A stretch of 29,781 bases of DNA from Thermovirgaceae bacterium (GTDB lineage Bacteria > Synergistota > Synergistia > Synergistales > Thermovirgaceae): contig JBKHBH010000018.1 in NCBI GenBank assembly GCA_046542505.1, forward strand, positions 1-29,781, in the 5' to 3' direction. This document shows positions 16,811 through 26,800 of this stretch, piece by piece; position 1 is the stretch's first letter; each line of letters opens with the position of its first letter. A model generated the notes under the pieces. That model was not told the DNA's origin and did not search any database. It saw only the letters and a program-made list of their open reading frames with translations. Both the position numbers and the translations under genes were made by a program.

Positions 16811-17287
16811 ATGACCGTTTTTTTCCTTCCCAAAAAATTCCGAACCGAAGACCTCCCGACCGTTGCCTCGGAACTGACATGGCTGCAGAGTATCTTCGTG
16901 AAAGATTTTTCGCGCAGTTTCGATGGAAACAAGGTCACCCCCCTTGCCGCGGCGGGTATCGTCGAATCCCTTGCCTACCTCAGCGGGGGGGACATTTCGG
17001 CATCGGACATCCTTTCTGCAGCAAAAGTCGCCTCAAAGACCGAGGAAGAAGCTGAACGGCTAGCCCTTTTTACGAAGGCCCTTGCCGGACTCTGGTTCGG
17101 TGGTGATGAAGAATCTGCCCCGTGGTGGAAGGAAGAATCCCGTGGCGTCAGGGACGCTGTTCGTTCGGTCTTGAGGGATATCGAGAGGGGCAGGAACCCG
17201 AGAAGGATCCTTGCCAACGCAGCACTGGGATTCATGACACGGCCGGATATGGTGCAATACCGGCGTGACATCGGGATAGACGAGTGA
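16811..17287 (+). CDS. Hypothetical soluble protein (158 aa)
   Basis: AAAGGAG upstream, TATAAT about 50 nt upstream, stop overlaps the next start (GTGA). Confidence 0.7.
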   Translation: MTVFFLPKKFRTEDLPTVASELTWLQSIFVKDFSRSFDGNKVTPLAAAGIVESLAYLSGGDISASDILSAAKVASKTEEEAERLALFTKALAGLWFGGDEESAPWWKEESRGVRDAVRSVLRDIERGRNPRRILANAALGFMTRPDMVQYRRDIGIDE

Positions 17288-18372
17288 GTGGTGCCATGAA
17301 GGAGCCGGGTCAGGGGAAGATCGGCGGAGACTTCCAGCGGGAAAGCCTGATAGCGGTACTTTTGACGATCATCACGATCATCGCCGTGGGAGCTGTTCTG
17401 AAGGCGGCCGAGTCTGTCATCCTGCCGCTGGTTCTTGCGTGGCTTCTGTACTTTATCTTCGCCCCCATCGTGCGTCTGTTGACGCGGCGAAAGATTCCGA
17501 CGCCATTGAGTACCGCCTTCGTGCTGGCCCTGTTCATAGGCGTCTGCTTTGCCGGGGCCATGTTTCTCAATGGTCGTATCATGAACTTCATAACGGCCTA
17601 CCCGCGGTACCAGGTGCGGTTCGATGAGCTGCTGCAGACTTTGGTGCAGACCTTTGATGTTCCGCGAAGCTTCTTCGGGCAGGTTGATCTGGGGTCTATG
17701 GTGGGAAGGTACGTGCTGTCCCTCTCCGGGTTTTTCGTCTCTTTTGTTTCCAACCTGGTCCTCGTGGCGATTTTTCTGGTTTTTCTCCTTCTCGGAGCGC
17801 CCTATTTCGGAGTGAAAGTCCGTCTTGCCTTTTCGGAGCGGAATGCGCGAAAGATTCTTCACGTCATGAATTCCATAGCGCTGCAGATAGGGCGCTACCT
17901 GACACTCCAGACGTTGATCAGCCTGGCCACCGGCCTTCTCGTCTGGTTTGCCCTTGACAGGATAGGTGTGGATTTTCCTGTAACTTGGGGGGCACTGGCC
18001 TTTGTCCTCAATTTCATCCCCACTATTGGTTCAGTGATCGCCTCCATCCCGCCCATTCTGCTCGCTTTGGTCCAGTTCCAGCCCGAGCTTGGGCCGGTGG
18101 TGGCGACGACGATCGTGCTTCTGGTGATTCAGCAGACCATGGGAAATATCGTGGCGCCGAAAGTCATGGGCGATCGGCTGAATCTCAGCCCCGTGGTCAT
18201 CATGGCTTCGCTGCTTTTCTGGGGCTGGCTGTGGGGGGCTACCGGGGCCATTCTCTCCGTTCCCATCGCATCCTCACTCAAAATAATTTGCGACAACGTG
18301 GAAAAACTCAAAGTCATCGGTATCATGATGGAGTCTTCGAAAAGCTGTGAGAGGCGTCTTTTCCGAAAATGA
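17284..18372 (+). CDS. AI-2E family transporter (PerM/TqsA-like)
   Basis: Multi-pass membrane protein; LAFVLNFIPTIGS, GNIVAPKVMGDRLNLSPVVI and FWGWLWGATGAILSVPI motifs. Start could be ATG17296. Confidence 0.92.
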   Translation: MSGAMKEPGQGKIGGDFQRESLIAVLLTIITIIAVGAVLKAAESVILPLVLAWLLYFIFAPIVRLLTRRKIPTPLSTAFVLALFIGVCFAGAMFLNGRIMNFITAYPRYQVRFDELLQTLVQTFDVPRSFFGQVDLGSMVGRYVLSLSGFFVSFVSNLVLVAIFLVFLLLGAPYFGVKVRLAFSERNARKILHVMNSIALQIGRYLTLQTLISLATGLLVWFALDRIGVDFPVTWGALAFVLNFIPTIGSVIASIPPILLALVQFQPELGPVVATTIVLLVIQQTMGNIVAPKVMGDRLNLSPVVIMASLLFWGWLWGATGAILSVPIASSLKIICDNVEKLKVIGIMMESSKSCERRLFRK

Positions 18373-18731
18373 GCGGGGAGGAGAAACAGGTGACGAAAAG
18401 TCCGGAGAACGGATCTTGCAAAGAAGAGGTTACCCTTGATGAAGCCAGCATTTCGAAGATCGCCGACGAAGTCAGGCGGCGGAACAAAAGGCATAACTGC
18501 AGACAAAACCTGGCCGACGTTTTTTTACGGGACATCCTGACCATTCGCGAAGACCTTGAGGTGCACCATAAAATTCTCTATGTGCTCCTGGTTTTTTTGG
18601 GAATGGTCCTTGTGTGGTATGGTGTCTGGGGAATCGTTGCCGTGGTTCCGTTGTTTAAAAACCCGGTGGTGGCATTTTTTGCCGGGGTGGCGGTCCTGTT
18701 TTTCACGGGGACCTTTTACCGTCGGCTTTGA
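18369..18731 (+). CDS. Hypothetical membrane protein with two C-terminal TM helices
   Basis: ATGA overlap with the AI-2E stop; charged N-terminal half followed by two hydrophobic segments. Confidence 0.7.
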   Translation: MSGEEKQVTKSPENGSCKEEVTLDEASISKIADEVRRRNKRHNCRQNLADVFLRDILTIREDLEVHHKILYVLLVFLGMVLVWYGVWGIVAVVPLFKNPVVAFFAGVAVLFFTGTFYRRL

Positions 18732-18762
18732 TGGAAAGCGAGCGAATCCTGGAGGTACCCCC

Positions 18763-19647
18763 ATGATGAAAAACGGACTCATAAAATCCTGTCTTGTCAT
18801 GCTTTTCACCGCTGTTTTACTTGTCGGACAGGGCATTGCCGCCGAAATTATCCTTACGGCTCCTGATCACGCGGGAATCGGCAAACCCTTTACGGTTATG
18901 GTCTCCGCGGAGGACCTCCCCGATGAAGGCGTTTTGTCCTGGAGGGGGATCGAGGTCCCCCTCGATTTTCGCAAGGAAGGAAACAGGCATTTTGCAATGG
19001 TCATGCTCGGATCCCAGGCGGACGAGGCTCCAGGGACCTCCCCGACGGTGAAAGTTCGGCTGAATGTCCGGGGGAAAGAGAGAATACTCGAAAAAGCCAT
19101 CAGGCTGAAGGCGATAGAGTATCCCGTTCAGCACCTGTCCGTCCCGGAAAAAATGGTTACGCCGCCCAAGGAAGTTCTCGAACGCATTAGGGAGGAAACT
19201 GCGATGGTCAAGGAAGCTTTGGCAAGATCAAGGCCCAAGCGCCTTTGGGACATCCCTTTTGTGCCTCCCCTTGAAGGGGCCGTGACGAGCCCTTACGGGA
19301 CGACCAGGACGATGAACGGGATGAAAAAGGGCATTCACAAGGGAGTGGACCTCCGGGCTGCCATGGGAACTCCCGTTGCGGCGCCGGCCGCAGGTGTCGT
19401 AGCCCTGGCCGGGGATCTGTACTTTGCCGGGAAGTGTGTCTATATTGACCACGGGAACGGCGTGTTTTCGGTCATGATGCACCTTTCGGAGATTGCGGTG
19501 CAGACCGGGGATCCAGTCGGGGCAGGGGATGTAATCGGTAAAACAGGGCAGTCGGGCCGTGTGACAGGTCCGCATTTGCATTTTGGCGTCCGGGTTCACG
19601 GGAAGTGGGTCAATCCGCTTCCCCTTGTCGCGTCGGATCAATCCTGA
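18763..19647 (+). CDS. Secreted M23 family metallopeptidase
   Basis: Signal peptide; HKGVD (HxxxD), IDHGNG, MHLSEI, GRVTGPHLHFG (HxH), VNP; ATG18763 after GGAGG. Confidence 0.93.
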   Translation: MMKNGLIKSCLVMLFTAVLLVGQGIAAEIILTAPDHAGIGKPFTVMVSAEDLPDEGVLSWRGIEVPLDFRKEGNRHFAMVMLGSQADEAPGTSPTVKVRLNVRGKERILEKAIRLKAIEYPVQHLSVPEKMVTPPKEVLERIREETAMVKEALARSRPKRLWDIPFVPPLEGAVTSPYGTTRTMNGMKKGIHKGVDLRAAMGTPVAAPAAGVVALAGDLYFAGKCVYIDHGNGVFSVMMHLSEIAVQTGDPVGAGDVIGKTGQSGRVTGPHLHFGVRVHGKWVNPLPLVASDQS

Positions 19648-21587
19648 AGATGCTCATAAAAATCCCTGTCGATTTCTTCCAGGCGTTCCATAAGGGTTTC
19701 CCAATTTCCGAACAGGTCCTCGACATTCCTTGAGATTGTGTCTCTTTCAACCATGAGATCCTTGACCAGGTCAGAATTTTGAAGGACGTCGGGTCGGCAG
19801 AGCTTTTCGTCGATTTCATCAAGGCGCGTTTCCGACCGTGAGATTTTCTCCTCAAGTGGCTTCAGGTCGTCAAGTACCTTGCGCCTCATCCTGTAACGTT
19901 CGTTCCGCCTGGCCGCCTCGAGGCGTTTTTTCGCCTTCTCGGAATTCCCCCCTCCGCCGTTTCCCGAAGGTTTTTGTTGCTCCGGTGAGTTCCGGTCTTC
20001 AGCTTCGCGTTTTTTGAGATATTCCGACACGTTTCCAGGATATTGGCGGCACGTGCCATGGCGAATTTCGACGACACGCTGAACGGTTTCATCAAGGAAC
20101 CACCTGTCGTGGGAGATGATCAAAGCCGTCCCGTTCCATCCCCTGAGGGCCAAAAGCAGGATTTCCCTTGTCGTTATATCCAGGTGGTTCGTTGGCTCAT
20201 CGAGGATCAGGAAGTTCGAATCGGTGAGAAGGAGCTTGAGAAGCGCCAGGCGGGATTTTTCACCACCGGAAAGAATATTGACGGGTTTTTCAATTTCTTC
20301 GCCTTCGAAAAGGAAGGCTCCGAGAAGATTGCGGCGTTCTGCGTCGGACGCGCTTGACGGTACCGAGCGAATTTCCTGCCAGACGGTCTTGTCCATGGAC
20401 AGATTTGACTCCGATTCCTGGGAAAAGAAAGCCTTTTTCACCTTGTGCCCGTACCGGACGACTCCCTCTGTAGGAGTTTCAAGTCCTGCGATAATGCGGG
20501 CCAGGGTGGATTTCCCGGCTCCGTTGACGCCGACGAGGGCGATTTTTTCGCCCCTTCTGATCTCCATGTCAACGCCGGTGAATACCTTTTTGTCTTTGTA
20601 GGCTTTCCCAAGATTCTTGCACTGGGCCACTTCGAGACCGCTCCTCGGGCAGGGCGGGAAGTGTATCGATGGCTTTTTCTGATCGTCGCGGACCCGGATG
20701 GTTGTTTCCTTTTCGAGCTGCTTCAGCCGGCTTTGAACCTGTGAGGCTTTCGAAGCCTTGTACCGGAACCGTTCCACGAAGGACATGATCTCATCCCGGC
20801 GGCGTTCCTGCTTCTTTGCCGTCCTTTGGGTGATTTCCTCCCGGCGTACGCGTTCCTCGAGGTATGCTGAATAGCCGCCCTTAAAAGTTTCAACCCGGCC
20901 CTCTGAGAGTTCCGCCGTTTGTTCCGTGACGGTGTCGAGGAAGTGCCTGTCATGGGAAATGGCGATGACGGTGTTCGACGTGGAAACCAGATAGTGTTCA
21001 ACCCATTGTACGCTTTCCAGATCGAGATGGTTCGTAGGTTCGTCGAGCAGGAGAATGTCGGGCCCTTCAAGCAACAGAGCGGCCAGGTAGATTCTCATTT
21101 TCCAGCCTCCGGAGAACTCGGAACATGAGCGCTCCGCATCGGACGTGGAAAAGCCCAAACCAGCAAGAATCCTCCCGGCTTCGGCCTCGAAGGAATAGCC
21201 CTGCATGTTCTCAAACCGCTCGCGCTGCCTTTCGTAGGCATGAAGTGTCCGCTTTTCGTCATTGCCGGAGGCGATTCGTTCTTCCAGGTGGCGGAGACTG
21301 GACTCGAGATCTTCCAGACCGTAGTGTTTTCGAAGAAAGGATATGACAGGCATGTCTTCCAGTTCGACAAAATCCTGGGGGAGATACCCGATAGTCTTCT
21401 GTGGAGGAATTTCCACAGTCCCCGAATCGGGGAACACTTCTTTTGTGATTGTTTTCAAAAGCGTTGTCTTGCCGGTACCATTGGCACCGATAAGCCCCCA
21501 GCGTGAGCCTGACGGTATGGACCAAAAGAGGTCATTGAAAAGTTCTTTTCCTCCCAGCGTCAGTTTCAGTCCGTCGATGCGTATCAT
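19638..21587 (-). CDS. ABC-F family ATP-binding protein (Uup/YheS-like)
   Basis: Two ABC cassettes (GANGTGKT/FSGGWKMR/LLLDEPTNHLD and GVNGAGKS/LSGGEKSR/LILDEPTNHLD), interdomain linker, C-terminal coiled coil, no TM domain. Confidence 0.95.
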   Translation of the reverse strand: MIRIDGLKLTLGGKELFNDLFWSIPSGSRWGLIGANGTGKTTLLKTITKEVFPDSGTVEIPPQKTIGYLPQDFVELEDMPVISFLRKHYGLEDLESSLRHLEERIASGNDEKRTLHAYERQRERFENMQGYSFEAEAGRILAGLGFSTSDAERSCSEFSGGWKMRIYLAALLLEGPDILLLDEPTNHLDLESVQWVEHYLVSTSNTVIAISHDRHFLDTVTEQTAELSEGRVETFKGGYSAYLEERVRREEITQRTAKKQERRRDEIMSFVERFRYKASKASQVQSRLKQLEKETTIRVRDDQKKPSIHFPPCPRSGLEVAQCKNLGKAYKDKKVFTGVDMEIRRGEKIALVGVNGAGKSTLARIIAGLETPTEGVVRYGHKVKKAFFSQESESNLSMDKTVWQEIRSVPSSASDAERRNLLGAFLFEGEEIEKPVNILSGGEKSRLALLKLLLTDSNFLILDEPTNHLDITTREILLLALRGWNGTALIISHDRWFLDETVQRVVEIRHGTCRQYPGNVSEYLKKREAEDRNSPEQQKPSGNGGGGNSEKAKKRLEAARRNERYRMRRKVLDDLKPLEEKISRSETRLDEIDEKLCRPDVLQNSDLVKDLMVERDTISRNVEDLFGNWETLMERLEEIDRDFYEHLQD

Positions 21588-21659
21588 GAATATATTTTCA
21601 GCAGTCCTGACACAGATTGCCCTGTCTGGAAATTTTCCCTTCCCGTCTTTTTGCCGGGA

Positions 21660-22118
21660 CTAAAATACATCGAAACCAGGCCGGAAGATAAGAACGGAAC
21701 AGTGGGCATAGCGAATGACGTTGGCCGCCGTGCTTCCGACAATCATTTCCTGTATGCCGCTCATGCTCCGGTATCCGACAATGATGAGGTTGAATTCCCC
21801 TTCTTTCGCCGTCTTGATGATCTCTTCGGCAGGGTTTCCCTCTTTGAAAAGAATGGGGTGTTCGTGTTTCTGGAGGTCTGGAAAATTATCCTCCGACTTG
21901 CGGATGTAATACCGGATTTTCTTTTCGGCGCTCTCCCGTGCGTTTTGTATTGCGTTTTCCGGAATCCATTTCTCGAACCCCATCCAGGAGGAGACGAGGG
22001 GGAGGACATGAAGAAAGGAAACACTCACATCAAGGCGTTCCGCAAGGGAATGGCCGTAGTCGACAAGAGGCTCGGTAAGCTTTCCGATATCAACGGGTAC
22101 AAGTATTTTTCTCGGCAT
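21660..22118 (-). CDS. Universal stress protein (UspA family)
   Basis: KILVPVD, FLHV, GNPAEEII, LIIVGYR, VGSTAANVIRYAHCSVLI; ATG22118 after GAAGGAGG. Confidence 0.92.
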   Translation of the reverse strand: MPRKILVPVDIGKLTEPLVDYGHSLAERLDVSVSFLHVLPLVSSWMGFEKWIPENAIQNARESAEKKIRYYIRKSEDNFPDLQKHEHPILFKEGNPAEEIIKTAKEGEFNLIIVGYRSMSGIQEMIVGSTAANVIRYAHCSVLIFRPGFDVF

Positions 22119-22194
22119 AATGTGCCCTCCTTCGTTATTGTTGACATGCTCTGAGAAATATACCACAACCAGGATCATAACCCCGGAAAGTCAG

Positions 22195-22234
22195 AAAATG
22201 AGGGACTCCGCAAAGGATTTCGGCGGAATCCCTC
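22195..22234 (-). terminator. Probable terminator after the nitroreductase
   Basis: GAGGGACTCCGC / GCGGAATCCCTC stem (one mismatch) followed on the minus strand by ATTTT. Confidence 0.5.
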
Positions 22235-22264
22235 AAGCAAGGGGCGGATACGTCGTGTGTCAAG

Positions 22265-22801
22265 TCACCGGTATTCGCGGATCTCTTCCAAATCTTTCCG
22301 GTGTTTGGGACGGGGTCCCTTTTCAGCGGGGTGACCCAGGCTGACCAGAAGATCCACCTTTGTGGAAAAGGGGAGATCAAGCAGTTTTTTGACGTTTTTT
22401 TCGTTGAACCATCCGAGGATGCACGTCCCGAGACCTTCTTCGGCGGCCTGAAGCACGAAGTGCTCGCAGGCCATGCCGATATCGAGGAGGCTGAAATCGG
22501 TGCCGCGGAACATGCCTCCCAGCTTTGAGGCATACTGGCCAGACTGCCTGACCACGGCGATAATGACAGGGGCTTTTTTCGCGAAAGAGTTCATGGAGTA
22601 GATCCCCGAAAAAGCCTGATCAACGATCTCTTCCCTGAGGGGATCGCTGTCGCAGACGATGAATTTCCATGGCTGGGAATTGCAGGCGGAAGGCGCCAGT
22701 CGTGCCGCTTCCAGACACCGTTCCAGGGCTTTGCGGTCCACTGAGTCGGTCTTGTACATTCGGCTGCTGTATCTGTTTTTTGCGAGATCGAGGAAATTCA
22801 T
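22265..22801 (-). CDS. Nitroreductase family flavoprotein
   Basis: RYSSRMY, ARLAPSACNSQPWKFIV, DIGMACEHFVLQAAEEGLGTCILGWF, LGHP; ATG22801 after AAAGGAG. Confidence 0.93.
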   Translation of the reverse strand: MNFLDLAKNRYSSRMYKTDSVDRKALERCLEAARLAPSACNSQPWKFIVCDSDPLREEIVDQAFSGIYSMNSFAKKAPVIIAVVRQSGQYASKLGGMFRGTDFSLLDIGMACEHFVLQAAEEGLGTCILGWFNEKNVKKLLDLPFSTKVDLLVSLGHPAEKGPRPKHRKDLEEIREYR

Positions 22802-22895
22802 GAAAATTTCTCCTTTCAGGAGATTAGACCGCTTAGCGTGTTGCCCTCTTCCGTCGTATAGGGTAGAAAGGCAGTACACTATCAGGCGGAAATAC

Positions 22896-22924
22896 ATTAT
22901 ATAACCTGGATGTTCTTTTTCCAA
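22896..22924 (-). promoter_or_regulatory. Sigma70 promoter of the nitroreductase
   Basis: Minus strand TTGGAA-N17-TATAAT. Confidence 0.6.
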
Positions 22925-22941
22925 TGTAAACGGGTGGTTTC

Positions 22942-23835
22942 ATGGGCGGAGTTGAAAAAATCACCGGTTTTGTCCTTTTAGCAACGGGAGTGGCACTGCA
23001 TTTCGCTACATGGCCCTGGATCATGGCTTTTGGAGTCGTCCTGGGAGGAACGGTTTTGCTTATCCTGCCGGGCAAGGTGATGCTCTCGATACTTGTTCTG
23101 CTTTCCGGCGCATGGGTCTGGAGCTTTTTTTCGAAAGGGAGTGTCAGTTGTCTCGTGTGTTTTGCAGCAACCATCGCAATCACGGGTGTCCTGGCGCTCC
23201 GACACCGGCTTCTTGGGGAGTGGAATGAGCTGCTGGGGGAACCGCTGCCCTTTTTGGCGAAAAGGAAACTGTACCGCATGTGCGGGCTCTTTTTCCCGCT
23301 TGTCCTTTTCCCCCTGTGGGGGCTTGGTGCGTACCGGATAACCTTGGGATGTCTGGCGGTGGCCATTTTCCTGGCCGAAATCCTCAGGAAACGAAGCCCT
23401 GTGTTCGACAGAGGGTTCAGTCGGTTTTTTGCCGGGGTGAGCAAGAAAAAGGAGGCTGAACGTGTCTCTGGGACGGCCTGGTATCTGTGGGGAGCGACGA
23501 TTGCTTCATTTTTCCCGGGCCTCGCGGGCCCGGCTGCGCTTGTCATGATGACCCTGGGCGATGCCTGGGCCGTAATGGCAGGCATGCGATGGGGCCGGTA
23601 CCACATTCTCGGTAAGAAGACTGCTCTGGGGACATTCGCCTGTTTCGCCGCAGCTTTTTTTGCGGGTTTTGCCTTCGCGAATTTGAACTCGCATGCGCCG
23701 GTTCCTGTCGTCCTTTACATTGCAGGCGCTTCCGTCTCGGCCGTTTCGGAGCTGATCACGCCCGGCAACTGGGACAACCTTACTGTAGCGCCCGCAACTG
23801 CCTTGACGATCTGGGCCGCCGGGTTGCTTCTTTAG
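22942..23835 (+). CDS. Dolichol/phytol/diacylglycerol kinase-like (SEC59/VTE5/DGK1, CTP-dependent) membrane protein
   Basis: Multi-TM; RKLYRM, E-x-x-RVSGTAWY, LGDAWAVMAGMRWGR...KKTALG, SEL...WDNLTVAP. Start is uncertain (weak RBS). Confidence 0.75.
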   Translation: MGGVEKITGFVLLATGVALHFATWPWIMAFGVVLGGTVLLILPGKVMLSILVLLSGAWVWSFFSKGSVSCLVCFAATIAITGVLALRHRLLGEWNELLGEPLPFLAKRKLYRMCGLFFPLVLFPLWGLGAYRITLGCLAVAIFLAEILRKRSPVFDRGFSRFFAGVSKKKEAERVSGTAWYLWGATIASFFPGLAGPAALVMMTLGDAWAVMAGMRWGRYHILGKKTALGTFACFAAAFFAGFAFANLNSHAPVPVVLYIAGASVSAVSELITPGNWDNLTVAPATALTIWAAGLLL

Positions 23836-26800
23836 TCCGTGTTCCTCTCTGCCTTGAGGTAGCACTGTTCCCTGAAAGCGGCGATCTCCGCATCGAGGTT
23901 CGGATTGGGTGAATCCCCGAAAAATGCGTGAATGAGCGGAACGAGAAGGGAAGGGTCCTTCTTCCGTTGTTCTTTCAGAAGAGCCCGTATTTTCGCCGTG
24001 GAGACGCTTTCCTGCATGCAGGTAAAGGGGCCCACGTGAAAGATTCCGCAGATTCCGTCTCTGCCGGAATTCAGGCTTCCCCTGAGGTACTCGTTGAAAA
24101 GCCCTATGGCAAGGGCGGATTCGCCCATGACATCGCCGTGATAGATGCCGTCTTCTTCCGCCTGTTGGATGATCCTTCGGGGCAGGGGGATCACGTGGCG
24201 GTCCCCGAGCTCCTTCTCGAGTATTTTCATGAATTTTCTTTCGGTCCAGTCCATGTAGAAATCGGCCGCCTTGTAGCTGATGTGCCTCGTGTTTCGCCAT
24301 GCGAGATAGGTGACGTAGCGTAGCCACTCATGAACCGGGCCGCGTATGAGTTCAAGGCCCTGTCTTTCGAGTTTCCGGATGACCTGCCCGGTGTACGGGT
24401 CGTGTTGTCGCATGTAGATTTCTCCGATGTAGAGGACGAGGGGAAACCGCTTTACTCCGGAATCCGATAACCCCTTGAAGATCCCGATACTTTCTTTCAA
24501 CCAGGGAGAAATATTCCTGAATGATGCGCCTTTATTCTCCAGGTTCTCCATGAGACTGCCACGGCTGCGGATTGCGGCTTCGTTGAATTCATCCGTGTTA
24601 CTGGCGTAGGGCCTGTAGCGGAGCAGCAGATCGTCAAAAATGTCCGCCGTGAAAATGGCGTTGTAAAGGTCTGAAACAAGGTCGATCAATTTGGGGGTCG
24701 AAAGGTCTATGGACAGGGTTTCCATGTCGAGATACCCTTTCGCGGCGTGGGGCGAGATAATGGGTATTCCGCCAAGCCCCTGCTCTTCAAGAAAAAGCCT
24801 TAATGCCTCAACGTATTTCCCGAAACGGCATGGACCGCTCGTGGTCGGGAGAAAGACCAGATAGTCCTCCTGCACTTTTTTCGCGCCGATATCTTCGACA
24901 AGCCCCTCGATTGACGAGATGACATCGCCGATGACTCCCTTCAGGGGGAAGCAGGTTTCCATTCTGATCAACCTGTTCGCCGCCTCCCGGGACTCGGGGG
25001 TGTCTGTTGGAAGCACCCTTGTGTCAATGCCATAGTGACGGGCCGCGGCGGCGGCAATCGGGCTGACTTCTCCCATGTAGGGAATGAGCCATCGCCTTTT
25101 GCTTCCCTCGATTTTCTTTTGGACCGGAAGGAACGAAAAACGAGAAAGGGGAATGTCGCCGGCGCTTTTGTGCCTTTTTACGACACGCTGGTGCGCTTCG
25201 GCCCGCGTGACGAAGGGGGCGTTGTTTGTCTGGGCATCAGTCATAAGATGCAGGAATGGCTTGTCGGCGCGGCGGAAAATTTCCTGTTCCATGAAGAACT
25301 TGATGGAGTCTGGTCCGCATGCGAAATTCATCAGCCGGACGGGGTAAAGGTCCGGGTGTCTCGCAGTATAGATCGAAGCTTTCAGGATTTCCACGCTGTG
25401 TTCCCAGTACTCGTTGTCCACGAGGTCGTCGATGGGGATGCCTTCAAAACGATGCCGGAGAAATATCTGTGGAATATACCGCATACCCCGGGTCGTGGAA
25501 AACATGTAACCGGAATTTGACGAGGCTTCGGGGTCAAGGAGAACATAGTCACGGCCGGTCCCGACGTATCCTGGTTCGCCTGATCGCTCAAGATCAGAGA
25601 GAAATTTCTCGCCCTCTGCGGCGAGATCCTCCAGAAACGCCCGGGTTTTTTCATCGGCGTCCAGAAAGGCTTTCGTGATTTTATTGACCGGAATGTCGTA
25701 TCCTGCCCTTTTCAAAACACGGTGAAATTCGCGGGCCATCTTGTCACGGTTTCCGAGATGCCAGACGGGGAGCAAAAGACGTGCATCATTAAGTGAAAGG
25801 AGGTCCTTCAGGACAAATCCTTCCGCCTCTGTGTAAATGCAATACATGCGCATTGATCCGTTTGTCGCGGGCGTGTCGATAAAGCTGGGTATGAAAAGAT
25901 GGGAAATCCTGTCGTCCGAAGCCAAGAGAGCTGCATGCCCGGTGGCCAGTTTCATCGCCACGCAGTATTCCGTCGATGCCAGGCGTGTCCCCATGGAGGA
26001 TATGGAAGAATTGGAAACAGGCGAAAGAACGGGAAGAAAACCCAGTAAACTGAAAACCGCCGAAGACCAGACGGCATGCTCCGCGATGGTACAGCCGCAA
26101 CGCCGGATACCAACCGTCGGTCTGTCGGTGTCCAGGCTTTTGCCGAGCCGTTCGTGGGTGATGCCCTGGAAGTGTTTTTCAAGTAATTCGTGGAAACGCT
26201 GTACGTAATCCGGTTGACGGCCGGCGACTCCCTCGCTGTTTCCCCTCGGACAGAAGCCCCCTGAGACGATTTCCTCCTCTCCTATGCGAAAGATCTTCAA
26301 CATGCAGTCCCTTTTGCCGCAGGAAAGTGGGCCGAAATAGCTGGAACAGTGTTGCTCTTCATGAGAAAAGGACAAGTCGGCGATGTTCCAGCCCCTGAAG
26401 GCGCTTTTTGCTTGTCCCCCCCGGTTTCCCAACTCGAACACCCTGTTTCGGACCCAGAGTGCCGCGCCGTAGGCTCCGAAAAGCTCCCTGTAGGGGTAGG
26501 CGTGAATTTCTTTCCCTGTGACCTGGGCCATCGCCGCCAGGAAGGCCTTCCCGAGTGCGGGTCCTCCCTGGCAGGAGCATTTTTCGCCAACGTGCTGTTG
26601 GCCGCCGACGAACTTGTTGAAATAGCTGGCCGCCGTGGAGCGCACGATTGCCGCTGCGATTTCGCATTTGGAGAAGTTTTCGGCAATGAGCCTGTTTTCT
26701 TCCATTTCCATGAAAACACCGCACGTGGCGTCGATAACGGGGACCCTCACTGCTTTCAGAGCTTCTTCCTGCAGGGAGTCTTTCACGTCGAGGCCGATGA

